Of a DNA stretch of 64,000 nt, positions 23,737 to 34,427 are shown one piece after another. The notes beneath the pieces were generated by a model. That model did no database searches. It was not told the DNA's origin and worked only from the letters and a program-made list of their open reading frames with translations. Source of the stretch: Deinococcus sp. Lineage in GTDB: Bacteria; Deinococcota; Deinococci; Deinococcales; Deinococcaceae. Position 1 is the stretch's first letter; the number at the start of each line of letters is the position of its first letter. A program made the translations under genes and the position numbers. The DNA is taken from positions 1,568,001 through 1,632,000 of the forward strand of contig OZ253375.1 of the NCBI GenBank assembly GCA_965261005.1, read 5' to 3'.

Positions 23737-24126
23737 GTGAACGAGACCGACGTCCTCGCCTTTGTGCGCCGCCACCTGGAGGCGGTGTTCGGCCACGATT
23801 GGGAGACGTACCAAGCCACCACCGCCCCCGACTTGACGCTGTACGAGCACTTCGTCACGCCGCACCGCCAGGAGGGGCTGGACTTTCACCGCTTCATGAT
23901 CGAGCACAGCTGGGCCACCGCCGGGCATGACCACCACGTTTCCATTCTGGAGCCGAGGGTGCAGTTCCTGGTGAATGGGGCGGTCGCCGTCGTCAGCTAC
24001 ACGCTGCTGGTCTCGGTGGCCGGCCCGGAGGGCGTCACGCACCGCTCCAGCAACGAGACGCGCGTGCTGGAGCGGCGGGAAGGGAGTTGGCAGGTGGTTC
24101 ACGTTCACAAGAGTCCGGCAGGATGA
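23737..24126 (+). CDS. NTF2-like / DUF4440 family protein
   Basis: EGLDFHRF...ETRV..WQVVHVHKS, a SnoaL/NTF2-like pattern. Confidence 0.8.
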   Translation: MNETDVLAFVRRHLEAVFGHDWETYQATTAPDLTLYEHFVTPHRQEGLDFHRFMIEHSWATAGHDHHVSILEPRVQFLVNGAVAVVSYTLLVSVAGPEGVTHRSSNETRVLERREGSWQVVHVHKSPAG

Positions 24127-24767
24127 CGGCGGTTGTACCCTCCAACGGCTTTCAATTGCGCCCCGAGCAGTTCACCCTCGACCTCAGCGTGGGCGGGCGG
24201 GCGGCCGGCGTGATGGCGTGGCAGATCGCCCAGGACAAGCAGCTTTGGACCGTGCGGGTGCAGACCGACTTCGGCGGGGTGCTGCCCGAACTGCGCCGGG
24301 TGCAAGTCTCGCGGATGGACGGCGCCTCGCTGACCAGTTTGGGCTACGCCGAGGGGGACGGCAAGCGCGCCACCTTCGAGACGACCGCCGACCCCCACGC
24401 CGGTCTGCTGACCCTGCGCCAAGGCAAGGACGAGGCCAGCGTGCCGCTGCTCGGGGACGTTCACGACCCCGTCTCCACGCTGTTGTGGCTGCGCGCGTAT
24501 GGCGGCGAGCGGGCCGAGCTGCACCTCGCGAACGGCCACGTCTTCGTGCGCCGCCTGCCCGAAGAGGACCTGGACGGCCCGGGCGCCGACACCTTCGAGC
24601 TGCGGCCCGGCGGCGCCCTGGTGACCATCGAGGACGCGCCAGAACGGCGGCTCTTGCGCCTAACGCAGCCGGCTGACTTCGGTTTGCTGACGGCCGACCT
24701 GCGCGCCGAGGCGCTGGTGCGGGAAAGGGTTCGGCCGAGGCGCCGTGAGGGCAAACGGCGGCGCTAA
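24123..24767 (+). CDS. Hypothetical protein
   Basis: ATGA overlap with the upstream gene; host-like codons. Confidence 0.7.
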   Translation: MTAVVPSNGFQLRPEQFTLDLSVGGRAAGVMAWQIAQDKQLWTVRVQTDFGGVLPELRRVQVSRMDGASLTSLGYAEGDGKRATFETTADPHAGLLTLRQGKDEASVPLLGDVHDPVSTLLWLRAYGGERAELHLANGHVFVRRLPEEDLDGPGADTFELRPGGALVTIEDAPERRLLRLTQPADFGLLTADLRAEALVRERVRPRRREGKRRR

Positions 24768-24785
24768 AGCTCTACCATCTCCCCC

Positions 24786-26120
24786 ATGCACATCCTGACC
24801 CCAGAGGAGGCGCGCGTCGCCTTTGACCGCAGCTTCGTGGAAGCGGACGTGAGCGAGCGGACCCTCGACCGAAACGAGCAGATGTACGGCGAGCGGCTGA
24901 CCCCCCAGCAGGCGGTGGCGCGCATTCTGGCCGACGTGCGCTCGCGCGGCGACGACGCCCTGCGCGACTGGACCGCGCGGCTCGACGGGGCCGAGCTGGG
25001 CGAGATCGAGCTGCCTTGCCGAGAGATCGAGCTGGCCGAGGTCGAACCTGAACTCCACGCCGCCATTCGCCTCGCCATTTCCAGGGTGCGCGCCTTTCAC
25101 GGGCGCCAGCCCGCCGGCGGCTGGGTGGAGTACGGCCCCGGCGGCGCCCTCGGCCAACTGGTGCGGCCCCTGGGGCGGGTGGGCGTCTACGTGCCGGGCG
25201 GGCTGGCCCCGCTGGTCAGCAGCTTGATTCACACGGCGGTGCCGGCCCAGGTGGCCGGCGTGCCGGAGATCGTGGTGGCGACGCCGCCGGGGCCGGACGG
25301 GGACGTTCACCCGGCCATCCTGGTGGCGGCGCGCGAGATCGGGGTGCGCTCGGTGTACCGCTTGGGCGGGGCGCAGGCCATCGGCGCCCTCGCCTACGGC
25401 ACGCCCAGCGTGTCCAGGGTGGACAAAATCGCCGGCCCCGGCAACCGCTACGTGGTGCTGGCGAAAAGGGCGGTCTGGGGTGAGGTGGGCGTCGAGAGCT
25501 TGCCCGGCCCGACCGAGACGCTGGTGCTGGCGGACGCGGACGCCAGCGCGCGCTTCGTGGCGGCCGATCTGCTGGCCCAAAGCGAACACGCCGGCGCCGA
25601 GCCGGTGCTGGTCACGACCTCGCGCGACCTCTTGATCGAGCTGGAGCGCGAATTGGCCGGGCAACTCGAAAACTTGCCCGAACCCAACCGCAGTTGGGCG
25701 CGCGACAGCGTGCAGAGCCGCTTCGTAGCGGTGCTGGCGGACGATTTGGACCAGGCCTTCGAGCTGGCCAACCTCTACGCGCCCGAACACCTCTGCCTGC
25801 TGCTGGCGGACCCCTGGGCGCACGTCGGCAAGGTGCGGCGCGCGGGCGGCATCTTCGTGGGGGAACACAGCATGGAGGCGCTGGGCGACTATGTCGCCGG
25901 CCCCAGCCACGTGATGCCCACCGGCGGCACCGCGCGCTTTTCCAGCCCCGTCAACGTGCGCGACTTTCAGACCATTATCTCGCTGATCGGCGTGAACGCG
26001 GCGGCCCTCGCCGAGATCGGCCCGCCCGCCGTCACCCTGGCCCGCGCCGAGGGGCTGGAGGCCCACGCCAGGGCCATTGAGGCCCGGTTGGTGGGAGAAG
26101 TTGAGGCGGGGGAGCTGTGA
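24786..26120 (+). CDS. hisD: Histidinol dehydrogenase
   Basis: VGVYVPGG, GGAQAIGALAYGT, KIAGPGN, GPTE, DLLAQSEH, YAPEHL, GDYVAGPSHVMPT, EGLEAHA. Confidence 0.96.
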   Translation: MHILTPEEARVAFDRSFVEADVSERTLDRNEQMYGERLTPQQAVARILADVRSRGDDALRDWTARLDGAELGEIELPCREIELAEVEPELHAAIRLAISRVRAFHGRQPAGGWVEYGPGGALGQLVRPLGRVGVYVPGGLAPLVSSLIHTAVPAQVAGVPEIVVATPPGPDGDVHPAILVAAREIGVRSVYRLGGAQAIGALAYGTPSVSRVDKIAGPGNRYVVLAKRAVWGEVGVESLPGPTETLVLADADASARFVAADLLAQSEHAGAEPVLVTTSRDLLIELERELAGQLENLPEPNRSWARDSVQSRFVAVLADDLDQAFELANLYAPEHLCLLLADPWAHVGKVRRAGGIFVGEHSMEALGDYVAGPSHVMPTGGTARFSSPVNVRDFQTIISLIGVNAAALAEIGPPAVTLARAEGLEAHARAIEARLVGEVEAGEL

Positions 26121-26728
26121 GCGCCCTGATCAGCGTGGTGCGCCACGGGCAGACCGCGCACAACGTCGGGCGGCGCTTTCAGGGGTGGCTGGACGTGCCC
26201 CTGAACGAGGTGGGGCGGGAACAGGCGAGGAGGGTGGCCGCCCGGGTGGCCCAGCTCGTCCCGCCCGTCACCCGGCTGTATTCCAGCGACCTGCTGCGGA
26301 CCCGGCAGACGGCGGAGGCGATTTCGGCGGCGCTGGGCCTGCCCATCATCCCCGCGCCCGAGCTGCGCGAGATTCACGTGGGCGAGTGGGAGGGGCTGAG
26401 CATGGACGAGGTGGATTCGCAGGCCCTCTCACTTTGGCCCTATGTCGCCGCCCCCGGCGGGGAGAGCCTGGCCGAGGTGGGGGCGCGCGTCCGACCCTTT
26501 TTCGAGAACGTTTTGCCAAAGGAAGGCGAGCACGTCCTGCTGGTCTCGCACGGCGCCGCCCTGACGGCCCTGCTGTGCGGCGTGCTGGGCTGGGATTTAG
26601 AGGCCGCCTGGAAGGAGAGGCGCGGCCACCACGAGAACACCGCCCTCACCACCTTTGAGGTCGGGGCGCGTGGGGAAATGACCTGCCAAACCCTCGCCTG
26701 CGCCCTGCACTTGGAAGGGCGTGGTTGA
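26117..26728 (+). CDS. Histidine phosphatase (phosphoglycerate mutase) family protein
   Basis: VRHGQT, SSDLLRTRQTA, LREIHVGEWEG, VSHG. GTGA overlap with hisD. Confidence 0.9.
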   Translation: MSALISVVRHGQTAHNVGRRFQGWLDVPLNEVGREQARRVAARVAQLVPPVTRLYSSDLLRTRQTAEAISAALGLPIIPAPELREIHVGEWEGLSMDEVDSQALSLWPYVAAPGGESLAEVGARVRPFFENVLPKEGEHVLLVSHGAALTALLCGVLGWDLEAAWKERRGHHENTALTTFEVGARGEMTCQTLACALHLEGRG

Positions 26729-26734
26729 GGTGCG

Positions 26735-27328
26735 TTACGAATTGACGCCCTCCTGATCCTCCAGGTCCAGCCGGATCACGTCGTTCAACTCTGGACGAAG
26801 GCCGCTGGAACCCTCGTAAAAGGCGCGGACGGCGTCCATGTCGGCATGCGCATTGCCGCTGAGCGTCAGCGGGGCGCTCAGCTTGGCCGTCCTCGTTTGG
26901 TAGTTGAGCGACACCATCAGGAGGGGCACGTCCGCTCCCAGCGCGGCGTGGTAGAAGCCGCTCTTCCAACCGGGCCGCTTCGAGCGGGTGCCCTTGGGCA
27001 GCAGGGCCAGGGCGCCGCCGTGCTCACGCAGCTCGGCGATCATGGCGCCCACCGCGTCGCCGCGCTTGGTCCGGTCAATCGGACGCCCGCCCAACAAACG
27101 AAAGAAGAGGCCGAGCGGAAAGCGGAACAAACTGCGCTTCGCCAGAAAGTGCATCTCTATACCGAGGGCGTCCATCACCAGCAGGAACAGGAAGAAGTCG
27201 GCGTTGGAGGTGTGCGGCGCCCCGATGATGACGCTGGCCGGCAGCTTGGGATCGCGGCCCACGACGCGCCAGCCCATCAGCGACAGCGCGAGGCGCGCCA
27301 GCGGGCGAGACAACGGGGACTTGGGCAT
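26735..27328 (-). CDS. 1-acyl-sn-glycerol-3-phosphate acyltransferase family protein
   Basis: PHTSNAD (HX4D), IDR, PKGTRS, WKSGFY. Confidence 0.88.
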   Translation of the reverse strand: MPKSPLSRPLARLALSLMGWRVVGRDPKLPASVIIGAPHTSNADFFLFLLVMDALGIEMHFLAKRSLFRFPLGLFFRLLGGRPIDRTKRGDAVGAMIAELREHGGALALLPKGTRSKRPGWKSGFYHAALGADVPLLMVSLNYQTRTAKLSAPLTLSGNAHADMDAVRAFYEGSSGLRPELNDVIRLDLEDQEGVNS

Positions 27329-27359
27329 GCCAATATCCTAGAACATGGCATCCTAGGGC

Positions 27360-28055
27360 ATGGCCGACCTGAACATCGCCCTGCTAACCGACGTTCACGG
27401 CAACCGCTTCGCGCTGGAGGCCGTGTTGGCAGATATAGAGCGCGAAGGCCCCGACCAAGTCGCCAACCTCGGCGACGTGGTGTGGGGCGCGGGCGACCCG
27501 GCCGGCGCCTGGGAACTGTTGGAGGAGCGCGACCTGCCCACCGTGCGCGGCAACACCGACGAAAAGCTTCAGGACGGCGACGACCCGCTCACCCGCTTCG
27601 TGCGCGGCGCGCTGCCGCGGGGGGCGTCAGAAGCTTTGCGCGCCCTGCCCACGACCCTCACGCTGGCGGACGGCGAGGTGCTGCTGGCCCACGGCACGCC
27701 CGAGAGTCCGCACGTCTACCTGATGTTCGACGAGGACGAACCCTCGCCGCGCGAGAAGGTGCGGGAGCGGCTGGGCGACTTGCCGGCCGCGGTGCGCGTC
27801 GTGGCGGTCGGGCACAGCCACTTGGAGGCGGTCGCGCGCTTCGGGAACGTGCTGGCCGTGAACGTCGGCGCGGTGTCGCGGCAAAAGGACAGCTGCCCCG
27901 ACGCGCGCTGGGTGTTGCTGACCCGGCGAAGGGGCCTCTGGGGCGCCGAATTTCGTTGCGTGCCCTACGACATAGAGGCGGCGGCGCGCTGGACCGAGCA
28001 GAACGAGCCAGGCGGCGCGCAGCTGGCGCGCAACCTGAGGACGGGGAGGCGGTAG
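27360..28055 (+). CDS. Metallophosphoesterase family protein
   Basis: TDVHGN, LGDVV, RGNTD, HGTP, GHSH, NVG. Confidence 0.9.
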   Translation: MADLNIALLTDVHGNRFALEAVLADIEREGPDQVANLGDVVWGAGDPAGAWELLEERDLPTVRGNTDEKLQDGDDPLTRFVRGALPRGASEALRALPTTLTLADGEVLLAHGTPESPHVYLMFDEDEPSPREKVRERLGDLPAAVRVVAVGHSHLEAVARFGNVLAVNVGAVSRQKDSCPDARWVLLTRRRGLWGAEFRCVPYDIEAAARWTEQNEPGGAQLARNLRTGRR

Positions 28056-28056
28056 G

Positions 28057-28103
28057 GAACCCCTCACCCCCCGGCCCCCTCTCCCGCAAGGGGAGAGGGG
28101 GAG
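28057..28103. repeat. REP-like intergenic hairpin repeat, copy 2
   Basis: GAACCCCTCACCCCCCGGCCCCCTCTCCCGCAAGGGGAGAGGGGGAG between convergent genes. Confidence 0.85.
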
Positions 28104-28109
28104 AAAGAC

Positions 28110-29276
28110 TTATTCTTCCGGCCAGACGTATTCCTCGCGCCACGGCTCGCCCCGGCGCAGGAAGGGCACCTTCTCCCCCACCACCCGCGCGCCGCCCTTG
28201 ACCGCCGCGCGCACGATCAGGCGCTCGTCGAGCTGGGGATAGACTTGGCGGGCGAAGGCAATTTCGTCGAAGATGTTCAAAGTTTCACCGGACGCCACCG
28301 AGTCCGTGCCGAGGGCAATGTCCACCCCGGCCGCCGCGAACGCCGGCCAATCGAAGGTGCCGCACTCCAAATTGCGGTTGCTGCGCGGGCAGGTCACGAC
28401 GGGGCAGCCGGCCTGAGCGACGATGCGCGCGTCCTCCGCCGTCGCGTGGACCATGTGGATCAGGGTGGGCCTCGCGTCCAAGACACCCAGATCGGCCAGG
28501 TAGCGTACCGGGGTGAGTTCGGGATCGGGGTTGCGGCCGAGGATGTCCGCCAGGGTGAGGGAGCCGTTCCGCTGGGCGACCGGGCGCAAAAACGAGTCGG
28601 CCAAGTCGCCCGTCCCGCTCCTGAACAGCTCCAGCTCGCCGCCGTGCTCGGCCACATGAATCTGCATGGGCAGGTTCTCTGAGCGGGCGTAGTCGGTCAG
28701 CAGCCTAAACAGCGTGTGTGACACCGTGTAGCTCGCGTGCGGGCTGAGGCCCAGCTTGAGGCCGCCGGGCCGCTCCAACTTGCGCCAAGCCTCAAGACGC
28801 GCCACGGCCTTCTCAAACGTGTCCTGAGCGGTCGCCGGGTTCGGGTCCAGCACCTCCCAGTACGCCACGCCCGGCAAGTCCGCCCCCTGCAATAAAAACT
28901 CCATCACCTCCGGCCGGTAGACCACGTCCCCGAGGGCCGCCGCGCCGCTCACCTTGACCTTCGCCAGCCCGAGCCGCGCCCCCTCCAGCCCGCGCAGGTG
29001 GCGGTGCGCCATCACGTGTTCGGGAATCCAGCGGAAGTACGGCAGGGCCGCGAAGGGGTAGGCGCTCATGTCCAGGTGGGCGTGCGCGTTGACTGGCGTG
29101 GGCGCGATCACGTGGCCGGCGCGCGACTCGACGGCGTGCGGGTACTGGACGCGGAGCTGGTTCGTTACGCCTGAGGCCGCAATGGTCCCGCCCGAGACGA
29201 CCACGGCCCCGTCAAGCGTGGGCGTGCCCATGCCGGTGTAGAGCAAGTCGGCGCTCAGCAGGCGCAGGTCGCTCAC
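28110..29276 (-). CDS. Amidohydrolase, probable 6-aminodeoxyfutalosine deaminase (futalosine menaquinone route)
   Basis: NAHAHLD, GLSPH, IHVAEH, HMV, CPRSN, LGTDS. Closely resembles the D. radiodurans Dr0824 deaminase as I recall it; not checked by search. Confidence 0.8.
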   Translation of the reverse strand: MSDLRLLSADLLYTGMGTPTLDGAVVVSGGTIAASGVTNQLRVQYPHAVESRAGHVIAPTPVNAHAHLDMSAYPFAALPYFRWIPEHVMAHRHLRGLEGARLGLAKVKVSGAAALGDVVYRPEVMEFLLQGADLPGVAYWEVLDPNPATAQDTFEKAVARLEAWRKLERPGGLKLGLSPHASYTVSHTLFRLLTDYARSENLPMQIHVAEHGGELELFRSGTGDLADSFLRPVAQRNGSLTLADILGRNPDPELTPVRYLADLGVLDARPTLIHMVHATAEDARIVAQAGCPVVTCPRSNRNLECGTFDWPAFAAAGVDIALGTDSVASGETLNIFDEIAFARQVYPQLDERLIVRAAVKGGARVVGEKVPFLRRGEPWREEYVWPEE

Positions 29277-30052
29277 TTTGAGACCGCCGCGTCAATCAAC
29301 GCGCGGGCGATGCTGATGTGGCCGGGAACGGCCGGCAGGGCGTCCGGGAAAAACCACCCCGCGTCCTCGATCTCCACGCCGTCCACCTGAATCTCGCCCC
29401 CGGCGTAGTCCGCCGTGAAGCCGACCATCAGCGAGTGCGGAAAGGGCCACGGCTGGCTGCCGAAGTAGCGCACCTCGCCCAACTCCAGGGCGACCTCCTC
29501 GCGCACCTCGCGCCGCACGGCCTGCTCCAGCGTCTCGCCAACCTCGACGAAGCCGGCCACCGCGCTGTACATCCCCGGCGGAAAGTGCGGCGAGCGGGCC
29601 AGCAGCAGCTCGGGGCCGCGCCGCACCAAGACGATCACGGCGGGCGCCAGGCGCGGGTAGGCCGTCAGGCCGCAGTTCGGGCAGCGCCTGGCGCGCTCGG
29701 TCGGATGGGCTTCGGTCAGCGCCCCACAGTGGCCGCAGAAGCGGTGGGTGCGCTCCCACTCCACAATTTGATAGGCGTAGCCGGCCAGGGCGAACTGGCC
29801 CTCCGGCAGCTTGCCGTAGAGGTTCCGCAGGCGCTTGAAGGCGTACCCGGCCGGAGCTTCGCCTGGAAAAGACGTTCCGAACGCCCCCCGCCCGTTGAGG
29901 CTGCCGAGATACTGGGCGTTCCGAAGGTCAAAGGGTAGACCTTCCGGCAACGCGCCGTCCTCACGCAGCAGCAGCTTGTCCCCCTGAAAGGCGAACAGCA
30001 GCGCGCCCCCCACATCTTCCGGCGCGGTCAGCGCAGGTACGAAGCCCGTCAT
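29273..30052 (-). CDS. nudC: NADH pyrophosphatase
   Basis: HRFCGHCG..CPNCG zinc ribbon, AGFVEVGETLEQAVRREVREE Nudix box, SQPWPFPHS. Confidence 0.95.
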   Translation of the reverse strand: MTGFVPALTAPEDVGGALLFAFQGDKLLLREDGALPEGLPFDLRNAQYLGSLNGRGAFGTSFPGEAPAGYAFKRLRNLYGKLPEGQFALAGYAYQIVEWERTHRFCGHCGALTEAHPTERARRCPNCGLTAYPRLAPAVIVLVRRGPELLLARSPHFPPGMYSAVAGFVEVGETLEQAVRREVREEVALELGEVRYFGSQPWPFPHSLMVGFTADYAGGEIQVDGVEIEDAGWFFPDALPAVPGHISIARALIDAAVSK

Positions 30053-30063
30053 TTCAAAGGCGT

Positions 30064-31647
<1,584 letters not shown>

Positions 31648-31717
31648 GCGGGAAGTCTAACAAGGGGGCGCGCCGAGATGGGTTACCACCAGAGCGGCAG
31701 TATAGAATGTTCATACA

Positions 31718-31984
31718 ATGACGAGAACGGAAAAGGTCAAGGTGACGCACACCCTCACGCGCGGCACGCGTGACCGCATGCGGGCGCTGGTGCAGCGGGG
31801 CGAGGTCAAGGACGCCAGCGCCTTTATCGAGCAGGCCGTCGAGGCGGCGCTGCGCGAGCACAAGCTACAAAACCTCGCGCTGGAGCTGGAAGCGTTCGAG
31901 GACGCCGGACACGCCGCAGAAGTGGCACGCCTCGGAGACGAGGGACTGGAAGATATCGCCGCAGAACTCGGCAAGCGTGGTTGA
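31718..31984 (+). CDS. Putative antitoxin (ribbon-helix-helix-like)
   Basis: 88 aa with KVKVTHTL...SAFIEQAVEAAL and an acidic tail; overlaps the downstream toxin. Confidence 0.75.
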   Translation: MTRTEKVKVTHTLTRGTRDRMRALVQRGEVKDASAFIEQAVEAALREHKLQNLALELEAFEDAGHAAEVARLGDEGLEDIAAELGKRG

Positions 31985-32330
31985 GCCGCGCCGGGGCGAG
32001 GTTTGGCAGGTGCAGTTCAACCCCTCCCTGACCAGCGAGGGCAAAGACGAGCACCCGGCGGTCATCCTCAGCATTGACGAACTCAACCGCTCGAAGATGC
32101 CGCTCACGACCATCATTCCCTTCACGGGCGCGGTCCCCAAGCGCGAGGGGATGCTGAACGTCCGCGTCGAGCCGGGCGCGGAGAACGGCCTGACCAAAGT
32201 GTCGTGGGCACAGCCGCACATGATTCGGGCGGTCAACAAGGACCTGCGCTTGGTGCGGCGGCGCGGTGTGCTGGAGGCAACGGACTTTGAGCGCATCGTG
32301 CAGGCCGTCCGGGACGTGCTGAGCTTGTAA
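31977..32330 (+). CDS. PemK/MazF family toxin
   Basis: PRRGEVWQVQFNP...EHPAVILS...IIPFT...NGLTKVS. GTG at 31977. Confidence 0.9.
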   Translation: MVEPRRGEVWQVQFNPSLTSEGKDEHPAVILSIDELNRSKMPLTTIIPFTGAVPKREGMLNVRVEPGAENGLTKVSWAQPHMIRAVNKDLRLVRRRGVLEATDFERIVQAVRDVLSL

Positions 32331-32349
32331 AAACTTGACAAACCTCTTT

Positions 32350-32390
32350 TATCGGATCACGATAGCGCCAAGCGATATAGGCATTCGATA
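32350..32390. promoter_or_regulatory. Two PadR-type operator palindromes
   Basis: TATCG-gatca-CGATA (32350-32364) and TATAG-gcatt-CGATA (32376-32390), downstream of TTGACA and upstream of padR. Confidence 0.65.
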
Positions 32391-32399
32391 GGAGGCGCT

Positions 32400-32726
32400 A
32401 TGGACGCAAACCTGCTCAAAGGGCACCTCGACCTCATTCTGCTGTCGGTTCTGGAGGGCGGCGAGAAGTATGGCTTGGAGATCAGCAAGGAGGCGCAGGC
32501 GCGCACGGACGGCTACTTCGACTTTAAGGTGGGCAGCCTCTACCCGGCCCTGCACCGCCTGGAGCAGGCCGGCTGGCTGACAGGCAAGTTCCGCCCCGCC
32601 CCACGCGGCGGCGCCCCGGTCAAGTTCTATGCGTTGACCGAGAGCGGCGCGCAGGAGCTGGCCGCCAAGCGAGAGCAATTCAAGGAATTCACCCAGAACG
32701 TCGAGGCGCTGTGGAGGCCGTCATGA
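32400..32726 (+). CDS. PadR family transcriptional regulator
   Basis: LLKGHLDLILLSVL..YGLEI..GSLYPALHRLE..FYALTESG. Confidence 0.93.
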   Translation: MDANLLKGHLDLILLSVLEGGEKYGLEISKEAQARTDGYFDFKVGSLYPALHRLEQAGWLTGKFRPAPRGGAPVKFYALTESGAQELAAKREQFKEFTQNVEALWRPS

Positions 32727-33817
32727 GCGAAACCGAGCGTTACGTGCGGCGGGCCAGCCGGGGCCTGTGGGGCAAGAAGGCGCACGAGGTGCGGGCCGAG
32801 CTGCGCGGCCACATTGAGGGGCGCGTTTTGGAGTTCCGAGCGGGCGGACTAGGTCAGGCCGAGGCGATCCGGCAAACCTTGCGCGAATTGGGCGCCCCGG
32901 AGCGGGTACGGGCGGGCATGGGGCAGGTGTATTTGCTGCCGACCTTAGCGCGGTCGGGGGCGTTGGCCTTGATCGGCGCCGTACTGGCCGCGTCTTTAAT
33001 CACACAGGGCATAGCCCAAGTGCAGGCGTTCGATAAGAACCCGCCGGGCCTGCCCGAGGTCGCCCCCTATCTACGGCTGTCCGACTTACAGCAGAAGCTT
33101 CAAGAGGCCGGCCTGTCCACTCAGCTGCAAAATGGCTATTTCAGCGTCCGGCTGGAAAACGGTCGCCAGATTCTGAGGCTGCCCCTGCGAGCCGGAAACG
33201 GCCCCAACTACGGCGCCGACGAGCTGATCCGCCGGCAAAGCGATCTTTACCTGCGCTCGGACGTGCTGCTGGGGGCACTGGCAAAGACGGGCGCCTCCGT
33301 TCGCCTCGACGGCCTGGTTAATCCGACGCTCTTCATCAACGGCCACGGCATCAAATTGGGCACAACCGAGAAGCCGTTCGACGCTTCGGCCTACTTTACG
33401 GGCCGTCTCTTCGATCAGCTCAACAGAGAAGGCCAGGCGAACGTCAGAAGCCAATGGACAACAGAGGCCGGCGTACCCTACGACTTGAGCGTTCAGGGCC
33501 AGCCTGGCGATTTATTCGCAATACTGTTTGTCATTCCACGGCCTAAGATCATTAACTCTGCTGGGAATTTAGTCACCATAAATCCCGTTGGTGCTCTTCA
33601 ATTGGCACAGCTCGACGCTGAGGGCCAGCTTCACTTCCGTCTGCCCGTGAACCAACTCCGCTTTCTGGGCAGCCCAAAGGCCGTTGTAGACGCGACCTCA
33701 ACAGCGACGATTGACACCTCTCCCGCCGTCCTCCTGAAGCTCAATCGGCAGATCGGCCAAGGTGGGCAGGCGATCTACGAGATCGTGCCAGCAAGCAACC
33801 TGAGCGTTCCGAGGTGA
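32723..33817 (+). CDS. Permease-prefix (HAAS-like) domain membrane protein with a variable extracytoplasmic C-terminus
   Basis: ERYVRRASRGLWG..VRAELRGHIE..AEAIRQTLRELGAP, one TM segment, lower-GC C-terminal part. ATGA overlap with padR. Confidence 0.8.
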   Translation: MSETERYVRRASRGLWGKKAHEVRAELRGHIEGRVLEFRAGGLGQAEAIRQTLRELGAPERVRAGMGQVYLLPTLARSGALALIGAVLAASLITQGIAQVQAFDKNPPGLPEVAPYLRLSDLQQKLQEAGLSTQLQNGYFSVRLENGRQILRLPLRAGNGPNYGADELIRRQSDLYLRSDVLLGALAKTGASVRLDGLVNPTLFINGHGIKLGTTEKPFDASAYFTGRLFDQLNREGQANVRSQWTTEAGVPYDLSVQGQPGDLFAILFVIPRPKIINSAGNLVTINPVGALQLAQLDAEGQLHFRLPVNQLRFLGSPKAVVDATSTATIDTSPAVLLKLNRQIGQGGQAIYEIVPASNLSVPR

Positions 33818-33851
33818 CGGAAGGCAAGCGACGTTCGGAGTTTCAAGCTCT

Positions 33852-34187
33852 TCACCCCAGCCCCAGGTGAACCTTCAGCTTCTCGTCCAGCTCGGCAAGC
33901 AAGGCCCCCGGCAGCGCGCCGACGTAGCGGGTCAGGCGCGTCCGGTTCAGCCCGCGTACGTCATTCAACTGAATCTTGCTCGTCTCGCTCAGGCCGCAGC
34001 TGCCCAGCGGCAACAGCACGTCGAAGGCGTAGAGCTTGCGAACGTTCGACGTGATCGGCGCCACGACCAGGTGGGGCAGGCGGAGATTGGCCTCGTCGTT
34101 GGTCAGGATGACGCCCGGCCGGACGCGGGCCGGCTCGCCCTCGACGCTCGGCTCGAAGTTCACCAGGTAGAGGTCTCCTCGTTTCAC
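33852..34187 (-). CDS. PemK/MazF family toxin
   Basis: KRGDLYLVNFEPSVEGEPARVRPGVILTND..VAPITS. GTGA overlap with the antitoxin. Confidence 0.92.
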   Translation of the reverse strand: MKRGDLYLVNFEPSVEGEPARVRPGVILTNDEANLRLPHLVVAPITSNVRKLYAFDVLLPLGSCGLSETSKIQLNDVRGLNRTRLTRYVGALPGALLAELDEKLKVHLGLG

Positions 34188-34423
34188 CCTTCTTCCATCG
34201 GCGCGTTCAGCCAAGGTTCCGCTTCCTCTTGCATGGCTGGGTCTTCTGCGTAGTCACGCGCGAATTCCTCATAGCTCTGGACGCGCTCGAAGCGCCGAAG
34301 AGCCTGCGCGGCGGCCTCCACGGTCGCGCTGAAGTTCGGCAGCCCGTGGGCCTGCTGGTACTGTTCGAGGTAAGCGACGATTTCGGGCGACAAGGTGACG
34401 TGCCTTCTCTGAGCATAGGTCAT
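34184..34423 (-). CDS. Putative antitoxin of the second MazF pair
   Basis: MTYAQRRHVTLSPEIVAYLEQYQQAHGLPNFSATVEAA..., acidic C-terminus, directly upstream of the toxin. Confidence 0.8.
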   Translation of the reverse strand: MTYAQRRHVTLSPEIVAYLEQYQQAHGLPNFSATVEAAAQALRRFERVQSYEEFARDYAEDPAMQEEAEPWLNAPMEEG

Positions 34424-34427
34424 GGAC

